Assembly (NCBI RefSeq): GCF_009914755.1
Contig: NC_060928.1
Strand: one strand, 5' to 3'
DNA length: 64,000 nucleotides
DNA from: the human T2T-CHM13v2.0 reference genome, Homo sapiens
The notes under the pieces: model-generated
What the model was told of the DNA's origin: nothing
The model's database searches: none
Seen by the model: the letters and a program-made list of their open reading frames with translations, nothing else
Part shown: in pieces, positions 1-14,011 of the stretch
Layout of the letters: every line of letters starts with the position of its first letter
Position numbering within the stretch: the first letter of the stretch is position 1
Translations under genes and position numbers: made by a program

Positions 1-912
1 AGTATCTTTTAAAAATTAAGAAAATGTTAGGTATGTCATGAATGCACAAACTATGTGTAGATACTAGTTTATTTTATTATTTACCACCATAAAATATGCA
101 CAAATCTATAATAAAAGGTTAAAATTTATCAAAACATATACACACAGACACAGACCTTACATGACACCATTCATAGTTGAGGGAAAAGTAAACATATGTA
201 AAGATGCAGATTAAATCATAACTGCATAAAATTCACTGTAGTATACATTGTATTACTGTAATAATTTCGTAACCACCTCCTTTTGCTATTGGCATAAGCT
301 CATACTGTGAGTGTCCACTTGAAATGCCACGTGTCACTAATCATCTCCATGTGAGCAGTTTATTGCCAGTAAATTGCATATTAGAGTAAAAAGTGATCTC
401 TCCTAGCTGTTGCAAATTTTTCACATTTAGTGTAACACTGTAAACATTAAATAATGCCATGGGATTTATACAAAGGACCACTAATGCTGACAATGCTCAC
501 AAGAAGCAGAGAAAAGTAATGACATTACACATACACAAAAAAGCTTGAATTGCTTGATATGTGCCTTAGATTGAGGCCTGAAGCTGAGATTGTTCACCAT
601 GTCAGATAGATGATTCATGTTGTAAACAGAGAACATAATTTATGGTATCAATAAATACATTACCATACTGTAAACATATTTTCTCTTCTTTACGATTTTT
701 AAAATAACATTTTCCACCTGCATTGTAAGAATACAGTATATAATACATATGACATAAAACATATGTGTTAACTGTTTATGTTATCAGTAAGACTTCCAGT
801 CAACAGTAGGCTATTAGTAGTTAAGATTTTGGGGAGTCAAAAATTATAAGTGGATTTTCGTCTGAGTGGAGATTTGGTGCCCCTAACCTCCACCTTGTTA
901 AAGGGTCAGCTA
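1..912. mobile_element. Tigger2/MER28-like TcMar DNA transposon relic, truncated by the window start
   Basis: Ends in a degenerate Tigger2-type terminal inverted repeat (ttgttaaagggtcagcta, ~896-912). Internal sequence resembles the remembered Tigger2a/MER8 consensus. Confidence 0.7.
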
Positions 913-927
913 TATGAATAATAGGAA

Positions 928-1100
928 TGTGGTAGTAAGTGTTTGACTACAGGCTCTTAGTGGGGAAAAAGAGCCCTGATTTTCAGCATTTGCCTATTTT
1001 CCTGATATAAATACTCCCACCATGGTCGATATCAAGCTACTGTCCTAAAGTCACTGTGTACAATTATTGGCTCTCCTGACTGTCCAGGAACTTCTGTACA
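928..1100. mobile_element. MER63-like hAT DNA transposon fragment
   Basis: agccctgattttcagcatttgcc...aaatactcccaccatggtcgatatcaagctac matches the remembered MER63 core. Confidence 0.55.
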
Positions 1101-2046
1101 CCCCGATCAGTAACCCGAGCCTTTTAACTGAGGTCTGCATTTCATTGTGCTGTTATTGGGCTGCTGTTAGTAAGCCCTGGTCATGCTTGGATATTAAATG
1201 TTATAACATCTCATGATTTCTTAAATGCCATTTTTGCCAAATCAGAATAAGAAAGCTTCTATCTGACTTCTCCTTTCCAGTTCAGGTTGGCCTTGGCATC
1301 CAGAATCCTGTGATGACTTATATCCCAGTTATCTAGAAACCTGACACTGCTTGCTTTTGATAGTCCTTTCTCCATTGGAGCTGAATTCTGTACATTTTAC
1401 CTTCAACTATGTATATGTCTTTCTATAAACAGAGCAGCTATCCAGAACATTCATTCTTCTCACCCTGTCTCCAAGAATTGGTTCTCACCAATCTTTATTT
1501 TACCATACCTCTCTGTCTCTTTCCTGAATTTTACTTTTTCAGTTACTGACACCTGTCCAAATCACCTTACATTTGCCCACTTGGACATTTTATCAACTTG
1601 CCCAATTATCCTATTGTAGTGACACTATGACTTTTTATTATATTCAGTGACTGAGATCAGAGTTGCCTAATTCCAAGACCCTGAGTTATAACAACTGTTG
1701 TGAGTAAATGTAACACGAATGTGCTAGACAGTTTGATTAATGTTTGTGATTAATGTATTCAAAAGACCCAAGGTAACTAAAATTATATTTGTCAAGTTTT
1801 AAAGTGCTGAATTTCTGAGATATACTATTATCATAATGTAAAAATTATTTAGGTTGAAAGGTATTCTTGGTTTGATAAATAATGGAAGAAAGAACAATGA
1901 TCTAATAACATAAATATATTTAACAGGTATATTTAAACTTGATAAAATTACTTCACTCAGGTAAAATAATATGAGCATTTTTTTTCAAGATTATGTAATA
2001 TATATGAGTCTCGCCCAGTTGATACTAAAACTTTTCTTCATCAAAA

Positions 2047-2711
2047 TGAAACCACCCACACAAACTTTATAAAATTATTTAGGGAAAAAAGGAGGGGGAG
2101 AAATGAAAATAAACCGAGTTTGCAGCACGTTCAGCATCAATCATGAGGTCAGCTTGCTCTTGGCCCTGCTTCATCATAGCTGTTTCGTGCCCATTGTCCT
2201 AGAATCACAATACTCTGTTACAAGACTCTAGTTTCCCTTAATTGCTGTGTAGATAACAATGTGAACATTATAAAATATTGTTTTCCCTTTCAGATATTCT
2301 TTCAGATACTGTGTACTGATGAAACTGCTGACTCAGCTGGTCTGAAGGACCCCACTGGCACTGGCTGGTCTGAAGGACCCTGCTGATCACAACTTGCCTG
2401 AAGGACCCTACTGACATCAGCTGTTGTCCAAAGGACGCCACAAGAAACTGACTCACCAAAAAATGCATCCTGATGATTTCATCCCCCTTAACCCGACCAA
2501 TCAACAACCCCAAATCTACACAGCCCCTTTCCCTCCATGATTCCTACAAAACTCCAGCCCAGAACTCCTCAGGGAGATGGATTTGAAGGTCTCCTCCCTT
2601 CTACTTGCTTGATGCCCTATTATTATTAAACTCTTTGCTACAAACCCTGCTGTCTCTGTGTAATGAGTCTGTTACTTCATAGGGGCATATGAAGTTGTTA
2701 GTCCTATATTA
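2047..2711 (+). mobile_element. ERV1 solo LTR (LTR26-like)
   Basis: TG start (tgaaacc), internal repeats of ctggtctgaaggaccc at 2335-2440, attaaa poly(A) signal near 2624. Resembles the remembered LTR26-group consensus. Confidence 0.6.
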
Positions 2712-3183
2712 AAAATAAGATGGTAAGCAGGAGATACACCTGCAAGTATGCCTTTTATATCAAAGTGACACTAAGAATTCAGAGTAACAATGCATTATAC
2801 AGTGATACTTTCAAGACAAGTTAGCAGAATAGTGTTACTAAAAAACTTGCAGCATCTGTAACACACTATTAGACAGTGTGGCTTGAGTAATGAAAATGGA
2901 AAATGTGTTATTTGAACAGATGTTGCAGCTATATTTGGAGAGATGTAGCCACTAACCTATGTATATATTTATCTTCAAATGGCCAGACTGACCCTGCTTG
3001 AACGTGAAGAAAATCCTTCTTAAGAGGCACACCGAAATTCAAAATAGTTTCTGCTGTGTCCTTGCTAGAACTTGCATTAAAGTGAGCCTAGCAGAACAAC
3101 CCCGAAAGTTGATGATTCATAAATGTCTTGAAAGATTTTGAAATTTCATTTGAGTATCACGTTATGGAATCCAAATATAGTTT

Positions 3184-4238
<1,055 letters not shown>

Positions 4239-4662
4239 TACTTTGGTATGTTACATAGGTTCCATACAAATGTTTGGTTTGGTAACATATGTTCCCCAGT
4301 GGTAAAACAGCTCTATGCCTTACCATCTTTGGTTGGTGGCATTCAACCCCATAAATAATTTTCTTCTCCCCTTTCACTCTCCTGCTTACCAACCCCCAGG
4401 ATGACTCCTTTTGGCCACAGTGGTTCTGCTTGCTCCAGCTGATATCTCAGCTCACCCTGATGGGTGGTTGTTGGTGTTGGGAAGGACCTTGGAGTCTTCA
4501 CTGAATATAACTGAGCCACTAATGGCCCTCCTGGGCAGGAGGCTTCTGAGAGTGTTAGGACTAAAGCCTAAAATTGTGAAATGTCTGGGGTTTCCTCTGC
4601 TTTTTCAACTAAAGTTGGCTCTTTCCCATAAACCCACACCACCTATCCACCTATTCTCCTGT

Positions 4663-4988
4663 CCTCTCCTCTCCTCTCCTCTTTTCTTTTCTTTTCTTTC
4701 TTTTTTGACAGAATCTCGCTCTGTCACCCAGGCTGGAGTGCAGTGGTGCCATCTAGGCTCACTGTAACCTCCGCCTCCCAAGTTCAAGCAATTCTTGTGC
4801 CTCAGCCTCCCAAGTAGCTGGGACTACAGGTGCACACCGCCATGCCCAGCTAACTTCTTTTGTATTTTAGTAGAGACAGGCTTTCACCACATTACCCAAG
4901 CTGGTCACAAACTCCTGAGCTCAGGCAATCCACCTGCCACAGCCTCCCAAAGTGCTAGGATTACGGGTGCGAGCCACCATGCCTAGCC
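4663..4988 (-). mobile_element. AluS in the proviral leader
   Basis: Antisense Alu with a CT/T-rich tail and approximate TSD tattctcctgt/tattttcctgt. Confidence 0.93.
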
Positions 4989-6217
4989 TATTTTCCTGTT
5001 TTCTCTGTGGGTATTCTAAAATGGGCCTTGTGCACCCACTGGACCATCTGACTCAGGGGCCAATCTGTGTCTTTGCTTTCACTTCATATGCCACGTGACG
5101 TCTTAAACACACTTCATGTTATTCATGTGCCATCAGCTCTTGGTGCATTTGTGCAGCAGCAAAGACTCACTTGCAAATATTCCCTGGAACTTATACTTGT
5201 TTTTACCCTACCAGCTCAGATGGCTTCCAACCCTTCCCCTGTCTGCTGGCACACTGCCAGGACAGACACTAATTGGAACTCCAGCTCTGCCGACAACTTA
5301 TGACTTACCATATGCTTTTCATTCCTGTTATGCCCCAGGACCAAGTTTTCTGGTGGCTTTTGAAGGCGTTTGTCTGTCTGCATAGGGCCTCACTCTGTAG
5401 CCCTTTAAAGATCCCACTTACTTGCTTTTTTCAGTTAGCACCCCTTTGGGAGGAGGGAAAAATTCTTCCTTTGCTATTTGCGACTTCGTATCCCAAGCCC
5501 CAAGACTTCTGGAGGTTACTACTCTATGTCAAGAGGACAAATAAGCATTGATCTCTCAAATCCAAGAGCTGCTGTTTTGTGAGTATATGAAGCCTTTCCA
5601 TGAGTATCCCTCTCACTTCCTCCTGTAGCCTCCATTTCTCTAATTACTACCATGCCCTTCCCAACATTCATCAAGACATTCAAGGTCATATTTGAAGGGA
5701 GAGAAGTTTAGTCCCCTTTCATCAGTTAATTGAAAAACAGGCTTCTCAGATGAGAAGCTTAAAGACCATGGGAAATGGGAATCTAAGAAAAGAGGTAATC
5801 ATTTTGAGGCTGGAATGCTTCGAGTAAGAGTCACTATAAGGTGATGGAGACAGGGATATAGGCTGGCCCAAGGTTGCCGGCAGAAGAAACTCATAGGACA
5901 GAGATGAAGGTCGGTCCCAGGCTGAAAGATTATCATTAGAATAGAGATGAAGGCAAGGTTAGGGGTATATGGTAAGACCAGTTTATTCAGAACCTGAAGG
6001 AAGAACAGGACAGGGCCCACTGTTCACTTTGGTATCTCTTCTCAAGTGGGTAGTTGTGATGAGATGGGACCAAGGATAAGGGAACATGGTAAGACAGGTT
6101 CATTCCAGAACCCAAGTCACAAATGGGGACACCTTATTAAAGATAATATGAAACTAAGAGGGGATGCCTTCTTTTTCCTTTTTCTTTCTTTTTTTCTCCT
6201 CTGTTCTGTCTTCACAG

Positions 6218-7711
6218 ATGGGTAATTATGGCTCCATACCACAGGACACAACCCTCGCATGCATCCTCAATGGAGGATGCATGCGAGGGGTGTGTCCTAA
6301 AAAGTAAATGACTAGTGTTTTTCTGTAACACAGCCTGTGTTGAATACAAGCTTGAATACAAGCTTTGGGACCAGGAATTTTGGCTGGAAAATGGAAGCCT
6401 AAATTTTAATATGATCTATCAACTAGATTTGTTTTGCTACCAGAAAGAAAAATGGACAGAACCCCTATGTACAGGCCTTCATGGCCCGAAAAAACAACCC
6501 TGCCCTTTGTCAGGCTTATAAAATTGATCCAGCAATGGTAGTGGCCATCATTAGGCAGCCGCCTGCAATTGGTTCAGGACATCCATTATTGAGTTTACTC
6601 AGGGCTGAAGCACCAGAGGAACCAAGAGCAGAGTTTAGCTCAAACCCCACTGTCCTTTCTACCCTGTTATATCCAAATCTCCCAGCCCCAGAAACTTCCC
6701 CTCCCTACCCAGGGTCATCCTCTGGAAATCACCCCCTTAAGTTACGCCCTCTTCAAGAGGTTAGTGGCCCCAGTAGACCCACTAGAGTCCAGACTCCATT
6801 CACTATGCAAGACCTGAGCCAAATTAAAACAGAACTAGGGAAGTTTATAAAGGACCCTGACAAATATATCAAAGGGTTCCATAAACTGGGCTTAACATTT
6901 GAACTCACCTAGAAGGATTTATCAGTCATATAGAGAAAACTCCGTCTAAGAATATGACTCCATTATGGAGGGGGCCAACAATTTGCAAATTCAATGCATA
7001 TAATGGTTCCTGGTGGCTACCCTGTGGGATCCACTGCAGTTCCCCAGGTCAACCCCAATTGGTATTACAATACCCAGGGGGGTATATGGGCAAAGGACCA
7101 CATGTTCATCTGTCTGGTAGAAGAGTAAAAGCTAGAATAACAAAGCCTGTGACCTCTAATAGATTGGCCTTAATAGACCAAGCCCATCTTGAAAACCCAT
7201 TGCTGTCCTAGAGAGGCTACAAGAGACCCTAATGAAACATACCAACATTGACTCAGAGACACCAGAAAGGCAACTGGTCCTAAAGGACCATTTCCTAACT
7301 CAGGCAGCCCTAGATATTCAGAGGAAACTCCAAAAGCTCACACTGGGCCCTGATATCCCTATGCTTGACATCCTCAGACTAACTTCCTTGGTCTTTTACA
7401 ACCAGGACCTGGTGAAAGAGGAAAGGGCTCAGGAAAAGGAGAGGCAAAAGGAAAAGCAGCAGTTCCAACTACTTGCTGCCCTACAAGTCTGCTAAGCCCC
7501 TTGAGGTTGCTCTTGGAATATCTTCCCAGGCAACTGCTGTCAGTGTGGGAAGCCAGGCCACTGGAAGGCCAATTGCCCCAATGAGATAGATGGGAAAAAG
7601 CCCTGAACAGCTTGGCTCCTCTGCCACAAGCTCGTCCCCTGAAAACAGGACTGCCCTGAGCTCTGAAGGAACCCTGGGACAGAATCCTAATCCCTGATAG
7701 CCTTGAGCTGA
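6218..7711 (+). pseudogene. HERV-FRD gag remnant
   Basis: ATG-GGT start (MGNYGSIPQD); PPPY-like PPYP; capsid-like LSQIKTELGKFIKDPDKYI and DIQRKLQKL; CCHC knuckle CCQCGKPGHWKANC (~7535) and a degenerate second knuckle; many stops and frameshifts. Confidence 0.9.
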
Positions 7712-8088
7712 AGAGGCCCTATGCTCTGGTTGGCTCCTGGATCAAACTTCACTATAGAAGAGATGGAGCCAAGGGCTGCTTTGGATGTGGTAGGTAGAAA
7801 TATAAGTTTTCTTTTGGACACAGGAGCAGCCTGCTCAGTGCTTATCTCTTTTACTGGGCAATTATTCTCCAAATTCCCTCAGCTGATGGTAGTAAATGGG
7901 GCACTCATAACCTGGAGGTTTACTCCTCTTCTGTGGGGCCTGTGTGTGGCAACTGTTTTTTCTCACTCATTTTTAGTGATGCCAGAATGTCCTATGTCCC
8001 TTTTGGGTAGAGATATTTTGTTCAGACTAGGATCTCAGTTAACCTTTCCTCCAGGACCAGCACACCCTTTTCCAAATACAATCTTAGG

Positions 8089-8129
<41 letters not shown>

Positions 8130-11100
8130 TGAACTGTGCACAGGCCTTCCCATTAATCCAGAGGTCTGCCCCCCAGGAATACCAGGAAAGGCCATAATGG
8201 CAATGCCTATAGTAATTCAGCTCAAGAATCTTCCTGCTATCCTGTAGAAGGCTGTTTCCTCTTCAGCCAGAGGAGGAAAAGGGACTTCCACCCATGATTG
8301 AAAAATCTGTAAAACATGGATTATTAATACCCTGTAACTCACCCTGTAACACCCCTATCTTACCTGTTAAAAAGAGCAATGGAACAATGGAGAATACAGG
8401 CTAGTCCAGGACCTGCAAATCTTGAATGAGGCAGCAGTCTCAATACACCCAATGGTCCCCAATGCATATGTAATTCCAGGAGAAGTACCTCCAGACGCTC
8501 AGTGGTTTTCAGTCTTAGATCTCAAAGATGCTTTCTTTTGTATCCCCTTAGACCCATCATCCCGACTTTTATTGCATTTGAGTGAGAGAATTAAAAAGGA
8601 AAGATTCAACTGGACAGTGCTTCCACGAGGTTACAGAGATAGTCCCCATTTGTTTGGGCAAGTCATGGCTAGAGATTTGCAGGTTCTAACTCTTAAGGGG
8701 AGAGGGTGTCTTCTATAGTATGCAGATGATCTGTTAGTCTGTTCTCCCACAAGAACATTAGGAATCCAACATCTAGTCCAGACTTTAAGTTTTCTTGCAG
8801 ACAGAAGGTACAAGGTGTCCAAAGCCAAGGAACAGCTACTAACACAAGAGGTCTAATACCTGGGAATGATCCTTACCCCTGGAGAACATAAGCTCTCTCC
8901 GGAACAGATAAAGTTCATCCTTAGAATACCTACCCCAACCACTTGAAAGCAATTTCGGGCTTTTCTAGGGATCACAGGATATTGCAGACTTTGGACACTG
9001 GGATATCGTGGAATTGTTAAGTTCTTATATCAGGCTCCAAAAGAAGGGACTGATAGGGACCCACTTCAGTGAGAAAAGGATCAAGAGCAAGCCTTTAGGC
9101 AGCTAAAAACTGCTCTCTCACAAGACCCTGCCCTTGGGCCACCCATACTAACCAAATCTTTTCATCACTAAGAAGCAAGGTGTAGCCCTAGGAGTTCTAA
9201 CTCAAAGTGTCTGGCCAATCAATCATCCTGTAGGCTACTTTTCAAAGAATCTAGACCCAGTAGCATAAGCGTGGCTACATTTTCTCAAGGTAGTGGCTGT
9301 AGCAGCCCTCTCACTTGAGAAGGCCCTCAAAATCATGATGGGACAGTCAATCTGGCTCCTGATGTTCCACAAAATAGGCCCTTCATTGGACATAAAGGAA
9401 CCACAGTGGCTCACTGACAACAGACTGATCAAGTACTAAGTCTTGTTGTTAGAAAACTTGAGCAGTCTGTTGAGTGGCGTTCTACCCTTAACCCAACCTC
9501 CTTACTCCCACTACCAGGAAAGGATGACTCAAAACATGCGCATTGTGAGATGCTTAACCAAATTTATGCCAGTCTGTAAGACTTAAAGGATCAGCCCCTA
9601 GATAATCCAGATAGAATATGGTTGTCATATTGCAGTAGCTTTGATAGGAATGAAATCAGATAGGAAGGGTATGCTATAGTGTCCCTTCACCAAGTTATAG
9701 AGGCTAAAGTTCTGTCCCTGGGAACCTCAGCACAACTAGCCAGACTGATTTTTCTGACCAGAGCACTAAAACTAGGGCAAAAAAAGAAGAATAGCCATGT
9801 GTGTGGATTCCAAATACGCCTTTCTGGTGCTTCCTGCGCACATGGTTATCTGGAAGGAAAGTGGGTATCTAACACCTTGGGATATTCCTATTAAGTAAGG
9901 GCCTCAAATATTAGAGCTAGTAGAGGCTGTTCAGTTGCCCCAGGAAGTGACAGTAGTGCACTATAAAGGAGACCAGAAGAACTCTGATGAAAGTGCATGG
10001 GAAATAGGTTAGCTGACCAAAAAGCTAAAGACACAGCCATTTCAAACGATACCTTCATGGAGGCCTTATTCCCCTCTCTCCCCAGTGAACTTCCCCATCT
10101 CCAATACACTAAGGAAGAAGTAGATTGGGCCACTTTACATGGGTATAAAGAAGAAACTAACAAATTGTACAGGTTGGGAGAACTTCTCCATCTACTTAAA
10201 GCCTCCCAATGGAAAGTCATCAAGAGATTACCTGACTCCTGGCACCTTGGAAAGGACAGTCTAAGGCAAATTTGTAAATGAGTGTTCAGTGGAAGGGACT
10301 AAATCTAAACAAAACTATTCAACAGGTTTTTTAAGCCTGCACCTTGTATACCATAAATAATCCCCAGAGATGGAATCCCCTTTCATTAGTAAGTTCAATC
10401 CGAAGTAGAGGTACATACCCTGGGGAGGAGTGGCAGATGGACTCCATTCAGCTCCCCACATTCTGCAGGTAAAAATACCTTTTGGTCTGTGTAGATGTCT
10501 TCACAGGATGTGTAGAAGCCTGCTTCACAAGGACAGAAAAGGCATGGGAATTAGCTAAATTCCTCTTAAAGGAACTCATTCCCTGATTTGGGCTCCCTGG
10601 GTCATTGCAGAATGACAATGGTCCATCCTTTATTTCCCATGTAACTCAACAGGTTAGTAGTTCCCTAGGTATAAAGTAGTACCTTCACACTGCCTGGAGA
10701 CTGCAATCTTCAGGAAAAGTGGAGAGAACTAACCAAACCCTCAAACGCATCCTTAATAAACTCTGCCAGGAAACAGCATAGCCATGAGTGTGGACCATTC
10801 ACCTTTAGCTCTCCTTTGCATCTGTATTGCCCCTAACACTCCCTTGGAATAAAGGCCTTTAGAGGCCTTATATGGTAGACCATTCCTATATTAAGACTTA
10901 TTACCAGATGAAGAAACTGCCAAAATCACCTAGTATGTCTCTTCTTTAGCAGGGTTCCAACAGGCTCTCCAGGAATATGGAGGAAACCTAAAATCAGAAG
11001 GGGAAAAATCCCCACCTCTGCATCCTCTAAGCTCACCAGTTCTGATTAAAGCCTGAAAGAATGCAACCCTGAATTCCCAACTAACTCCACTCTGGAAGGG

Positions 11101-11290
11101 CCCCTTCACTATTCTATTATCTCCTCCCATAGCCATTACAGTACCGGAGATTGCCTGCTGGATATATCATACCCAAGGGAAGCTGTGGAAAGGACCCCAC
11201 ACACCAGAGCCAGAAGAAACACCCACAGCTCCTGAATATACTTGCAAGGCACTGGAAGATCTGAAATTCCTCTTTAAGTGAAAAGATAAG
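7712..11290 (+). pseudogene. HERV-FRD pro-pol remnant (protease, RT, RNaseH, integrase)
   Basis: LLDTGA (~7810); VLDLKDAFF; LPRGYRDSP; YADD at 8719-8730; GNRLADQKAK; integrase VDVFTG, NDNGPSF, SSGKVERTN; WKGPF (~11092). Broken by stops, frameshifts and a (CA)n. Confidence 0.92.
8089..8124. repeat. (CA)n microsatellite within pro-pol
   Basis: Seen directly. Confidence 0.95.
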
Positions 11291-11446
11291 TAATGCTTAT
11301 TCACCTCAAAGTAAGGTGATCCCAATGTCAGGAATTTTACTTGCAATTGCTCTGATTGTTATCATTATTTTAACCCTAACCTGTACACCACCAGAAGTTT
11401 CAGCAGCAGCTTGCTTTGTGAACAATTTCTCTCTTTTACAATCACC

Positions 11447-13182
11447 ATAGGTCGCTGTGGTCTGCTCCTGCTGGTTCTCATACTCACCACTTTATGAGTA
11501 GCATGCTATCATCTTGATTTCCCATGAGAAAATACTCGGCAATTGATCCAAAGCACGGGATTCCCTTCCCCACCAATTGCTTCTACTAAAACACCAGAGA
11601 GAGCTTTTCCAGCCTCGCCCAGAGACTGGACAAGCATACAGGTGGAATTACGTAGTTTCTATCAATGAGACCTAATCTGAAAAGGATGTTTGGACCTGCA
11701 AATAGTCTTCTTGCAAAAGTAAAGCAAGATTTCATTGGTATCTGCAGGGAGCCTCCCATTTTTGGGCCCATCTTTTCTAACATCGATTTAATGGCAGTAG
11801 CCTCTATTTGTGTTATAACCAAAAGCAAAAATGTAAAGAATGTAGGCACTCTTCCATGTACATGTTCTAACAGTACAGTTTGTAGTGTTACTTTCACTGT
11901 AGAGCCTAACCAACAGACATACCAAGCATATACCCATAGCCAATTCTACCATCAACCAAGATTCTCCAAACCTCCAGATATTACCTTTCCTTGGGGATCT
12001 TTGCTAGATAAGTCCACCCAGTTTTGTCAGGGATGCCCAATCTCATGCAGTACTCAAAATTTCTGGTTCCAGCCTGTTGTTTATAACCAATATCTGCAAA
12101 TTGTCAATCTCAGCTCCACAGCAGAATGGATCCTATTAGACGAAACTCAAAATTCTTTTTTTTGGGAAAATAAAATCAAGGGATCTAAACAAAGCCAAAC
12201 CTCATGCATCAAAGTATTAGCAGGCAAAACTGTAGCCACCAACTACCTGGGTGTGTCAGCAGTCTTGGAATTTTTTGGAACCTCCCTCACCCCCTTATTT
12301 TGTTTTAACATCCCTACTTCTCTTAAAACCCAAGGAGACTTCTATATTTGTGGCTAATTAGTTCACCAACGCCTCCCTGCTAGCTGGACTGGAACTTGTA
12401 CCATAGGCTATGTATCCCTGGACGTCTTTATGGGCCCTGGTAATCTCTCTTTTACAGTACCAGTCTATGAGCATTCCATCTTGCCCAGGAAGGCTATCCA
12501 ATTAATTTCCCTCTCCTTCTCATGAGACTCAGCATTATAGCCAATACAAGAAGTGGAATTACTGGAATCACAAAACCCTCCTTAACCTATAGCCAGCTCT
12601 CAAAGGAAATAGCCAACAACACTGATGCCATGGCTAAAACCTTAACAACCAAGCAAGAAAAAATCAACTCTTTAGCAGCTGAAGTCCTCCAAAATTGTCA
12701 AAGACTAGATACCCTAACAGCAGCACAGGGAGGAATTTTTTTAGCCTTACATGAAAAATATTGCTTTTGAGTAAATCAATTGGGAAAAGTAGAAGACAAC
12801 ATCAGACAACTCCTAAATCAAGCCTCCAGTTTATGGGAACAAGCCTCTTGAGTTGGCTAAATTGGGAAGGAACCTGGAAATGGTTCTCCTGAGTTCTTCC
12901 ATTTTTAGGACCACTTGTTGGTCTACTTTTGCTCTTTTTTGGTTCATGTCCTCTAAATCTAATAATCCAGTTTGGCCCCTTTTACCTTCAGGCCATCAAG
13001 CTCCAGATAATCTTCAGTGAAGGATACATGCTTTCAATATTCAAGAACCATCCTTCTGCAGAGGACCCCTAGAGTGCCCATCAGTGGGACACGACAGAAG
13101 TGGCATTCTGCCCCTGTATCCCTTGGACCTAGCTAGATACTGCTTTCACCAGCCCATGGAGCTACCCTGCCCTGAGAGCTAG
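11447..13182 (+). pseudogene. env pseudogene, paralogue of syncytin-2 (ERVFRD-1)
   Basis: GLLLLVLILT signal peptide. ORF 11665-12357 (PANSLL..KQDF..PPIFGPIF..NQQTYQ..LKTQG.FYICG) is roughly 70% identical to syncytin-2 SU as I recall it. TM part SLTYSQLSKEIANN..LTAAQGG. The likely start codon is now ATA, with multiple stops and frameshifts. Confidence 0.93.
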
Positions 13183-13305
13183 CAAGAGGCTAAGACCTAC
13201 TGAACAACCACCACCACCCCTCTGTCAGCAGGAAGCAGTTACAGAAGACTGACATGTGTCCATTTTCCCAAAATAACTGGGGTCTTAGACTCCTGCGGGG
13301 GGGAA

Positions 13306-14011
13306 TGTTACAGAAGGTAGCTAGTCAGACATGAGCAGAGTAGGAGAGCCCCCACCACCACCAGAAATGTCAAGCAACCATCAAGTAATGATCACATGGT
13401 ATTAAACTGTCTCTCTAAAATAAAAACTGGTCGCAGCCAGCAGCACCAGGGAAAGGCAGTCTTCCAACGGATAAAAAGACCTGAAACTCTTGATCAGCAG
13501 CTTCTCGATAAGATCTCAAGAGTTGGGTGAGTCAGCTCAATTCAAGCTTGTGCATTAACATGAAAAATGGTGGACTTTTACTGGTATATAACCTTCCAGG
13601 GACATTTGATTAGTAAGGGAAGAATGCCTCAAGTGAGCATGCTTACAACTCCTGTGAACACACTGCACACGCAGCCCCTCCCTAGTGCTAGAAGGCCACT
13701 GTACATCCAGACAGCCTATCCCAAGGGAAGAATCAGGAAGAGACACAAGACTCCAAAAGTATGCCAATTTAGAAAACCTTAAGTCAAGGGCTAAACTAGG
13801 CACTTGATCTCTCAAGTTGCCCACTTGGCCTCTTCCAAGTGTAGTTTACTTCCTTCTGTTCCTGCTCTAAACTTGTTAATAAATTTTTACTCCTGCTCTA
13901 AGATTTGCATCGATCTCGCACTGTGCCTTATGCCCCTCGGCCGAACTCTTTCTTCTAAGGAGGCAAGAACTGAGGCTGCTGCAGACCTGTACAGATTCAC
14001 CACCAGTAACG
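13306..14011 (+). mobile_element. 3' LTR (MER50-type)
   Basis: Follows the polypurine tract; tgttacagaaggtagctagtcagac...cagtaacg; AATAAA at 13878. Confidence 0.9.

Noticed and set aside
5895-6115. Imperfect direct repeats in the HERV-FRD leader
   Set aside because: Degenerate and most likely intrinsic to the family's leader; nothing locus-specific can be shown.
11447-13182. The functional syncytin-2 gene (ERVFRD-1) itself
   Set aside because: Start codon lost, several stops and frameshifts, furin site and key cysteines destroyed, and only ~70% identity. This is a paralogue.
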